From Setoptus koraiensis (taxonomy: Eukaryota > Animalia > Arthropoda), in contig CM106585.1 of assembly GCA_048013815.1 (NCBI GenBank), positions 8,866,001 through 8,930,000 of the forward strand: 64,000 bases of DNA, in the 5' to 3' direction. The translations under genes and the position numbers were made by a program. Shown here in pieces: positions 63,082 through 64,000 of the stretch; the first letter of the stretch is position 1; every line of letters starts with the position of its first letter. The notes below the pieces were generated by a model. The model was not told where the DNA came from, did not search any database, and saw only the letters and a list, made by a program, of their open reading frames with translations.

Positions 63082-64000
63082 TTAGTGCAAAACTAACTTG
63101 TATCCAGGGGGACCGTATTTGTCTTTGGCTTCGTTGAACAATCTCTCTATTTCGGACACATATTTCTCATGTACCATGTCGACGTATTCGCTCGCTGGTT
63201 CAGGATCTCGTTTCACGGGCACTATGTTTCCAACTAGAAGAATAGGAACACAAAACATAAAAATAATAAGAATAAAAACAAATCAATCAAAACTCAGGGA
63301 CTTGTAGAAAGGTTACGATTATCGCCATCAAGATATTTGTTACTCACGTGTGATAGTTAGCGGTCTTTTATGGGGTAGAATACCCCACGAATTGGGCCAG
63401 AGTCCATTGCCAATGATGTAGTTTAGTGTGAATCGGCATATATACTTTCTGAGAAAATCTTGAAATTGATACAAGATCGAGCCCTTTGCTGGACGATATA
63501 TTTCATATAGTTCAGTCTCGCCAAACCCGATCGCAGGCACCAGGTCAGTGCCATGCCTTATGGCCTGCTTCACGAAGCCCTTGCGATTTTTGATCGTTAG
63601 ATCAAGAGTTCCCGGCCGAAGTTTCATCATTTCGTCAATACCGCCTGGTACTAATACAAACAGAGAACATTTTGTCTTTTCTTTGATTTTATCATTTTTT
63701 TCAAACTGCTTGTTGTCATATGTGTATCTGCTCATCGCTCTATCTAACACATGTCTGTCTACGGTGTGGGCGCCCCACGCGATCTGAAATTCACGAATAA
63801 AGGGTATGTTGAGCATCATGGCATGATTAAACAAATGGCTATCATGATGCGGAAAATGTTCGCTGTACGAGGCTGCCTCAGTTCCAAGACCCGCAAAGTA
63901 ACCAATAGGTGCATTGCCGTGCGGATGATAGCCTATCATGTAGTTCTTGTTGGGGTCTAAATTTTCACTAGTGCCCATTTTCACTATTTTCATTGAGAGA
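63082..64000 (-). CDS. DGAT2/MOGAT-family acyltransferase, paralog C, 5' part outside the window (exons >64000-63348, 63233-63082)
   Basis: GYHPHG, VPGGIDE, RKGFVKQA, FGETE. C|GTGAGT donor, CTAG acceptor and a 152-nt last exon ending LVLH*. Confidence 0.9.

Overview
Eukaryotic genomic DNA with spliceosomal GT-AG introns. It is most likely an arthropod, and a compact-genome acariform mite is my inference, not something shown. The left 44.5 kb is one minus-strand ephrin gene. Its coding exons are 44508-43877, 6760-6586, 3005-2282 and 2120-1602, and its last exon is unresolved. Its first intron is about 37.1 kb (6761-43876). That intron hosts three tandem antisense ~612-614 aa gustatory-receptor-like 7TM genes, an 84-bp hAT-like MITE, and an intronless same-strand strictosidine-synthase-like (APMAP/hemomucin) gene. 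It is also dense in microsatellites and short tandem repeats. From ~45 kb the DNA becomes AT-richer and gene-dense: OPA1, RPS16, an intron-containing tRNA-Ile(UAU) with unusual C1:G72/G37, NOC3-like and ING3. A tandem array of at least three DGAT2/MOGAT-family acyltransferases runs off the right end. All exon boundaries were read by eye and checked for reading-frame continuity; no database search was run. The leading hypotheses concern the nested, loop-expanded GR-like cluster, repeat-bridged splicing of ephrin introns that lack polypyrimidine tracts, and CTCF-like boundary motifs.
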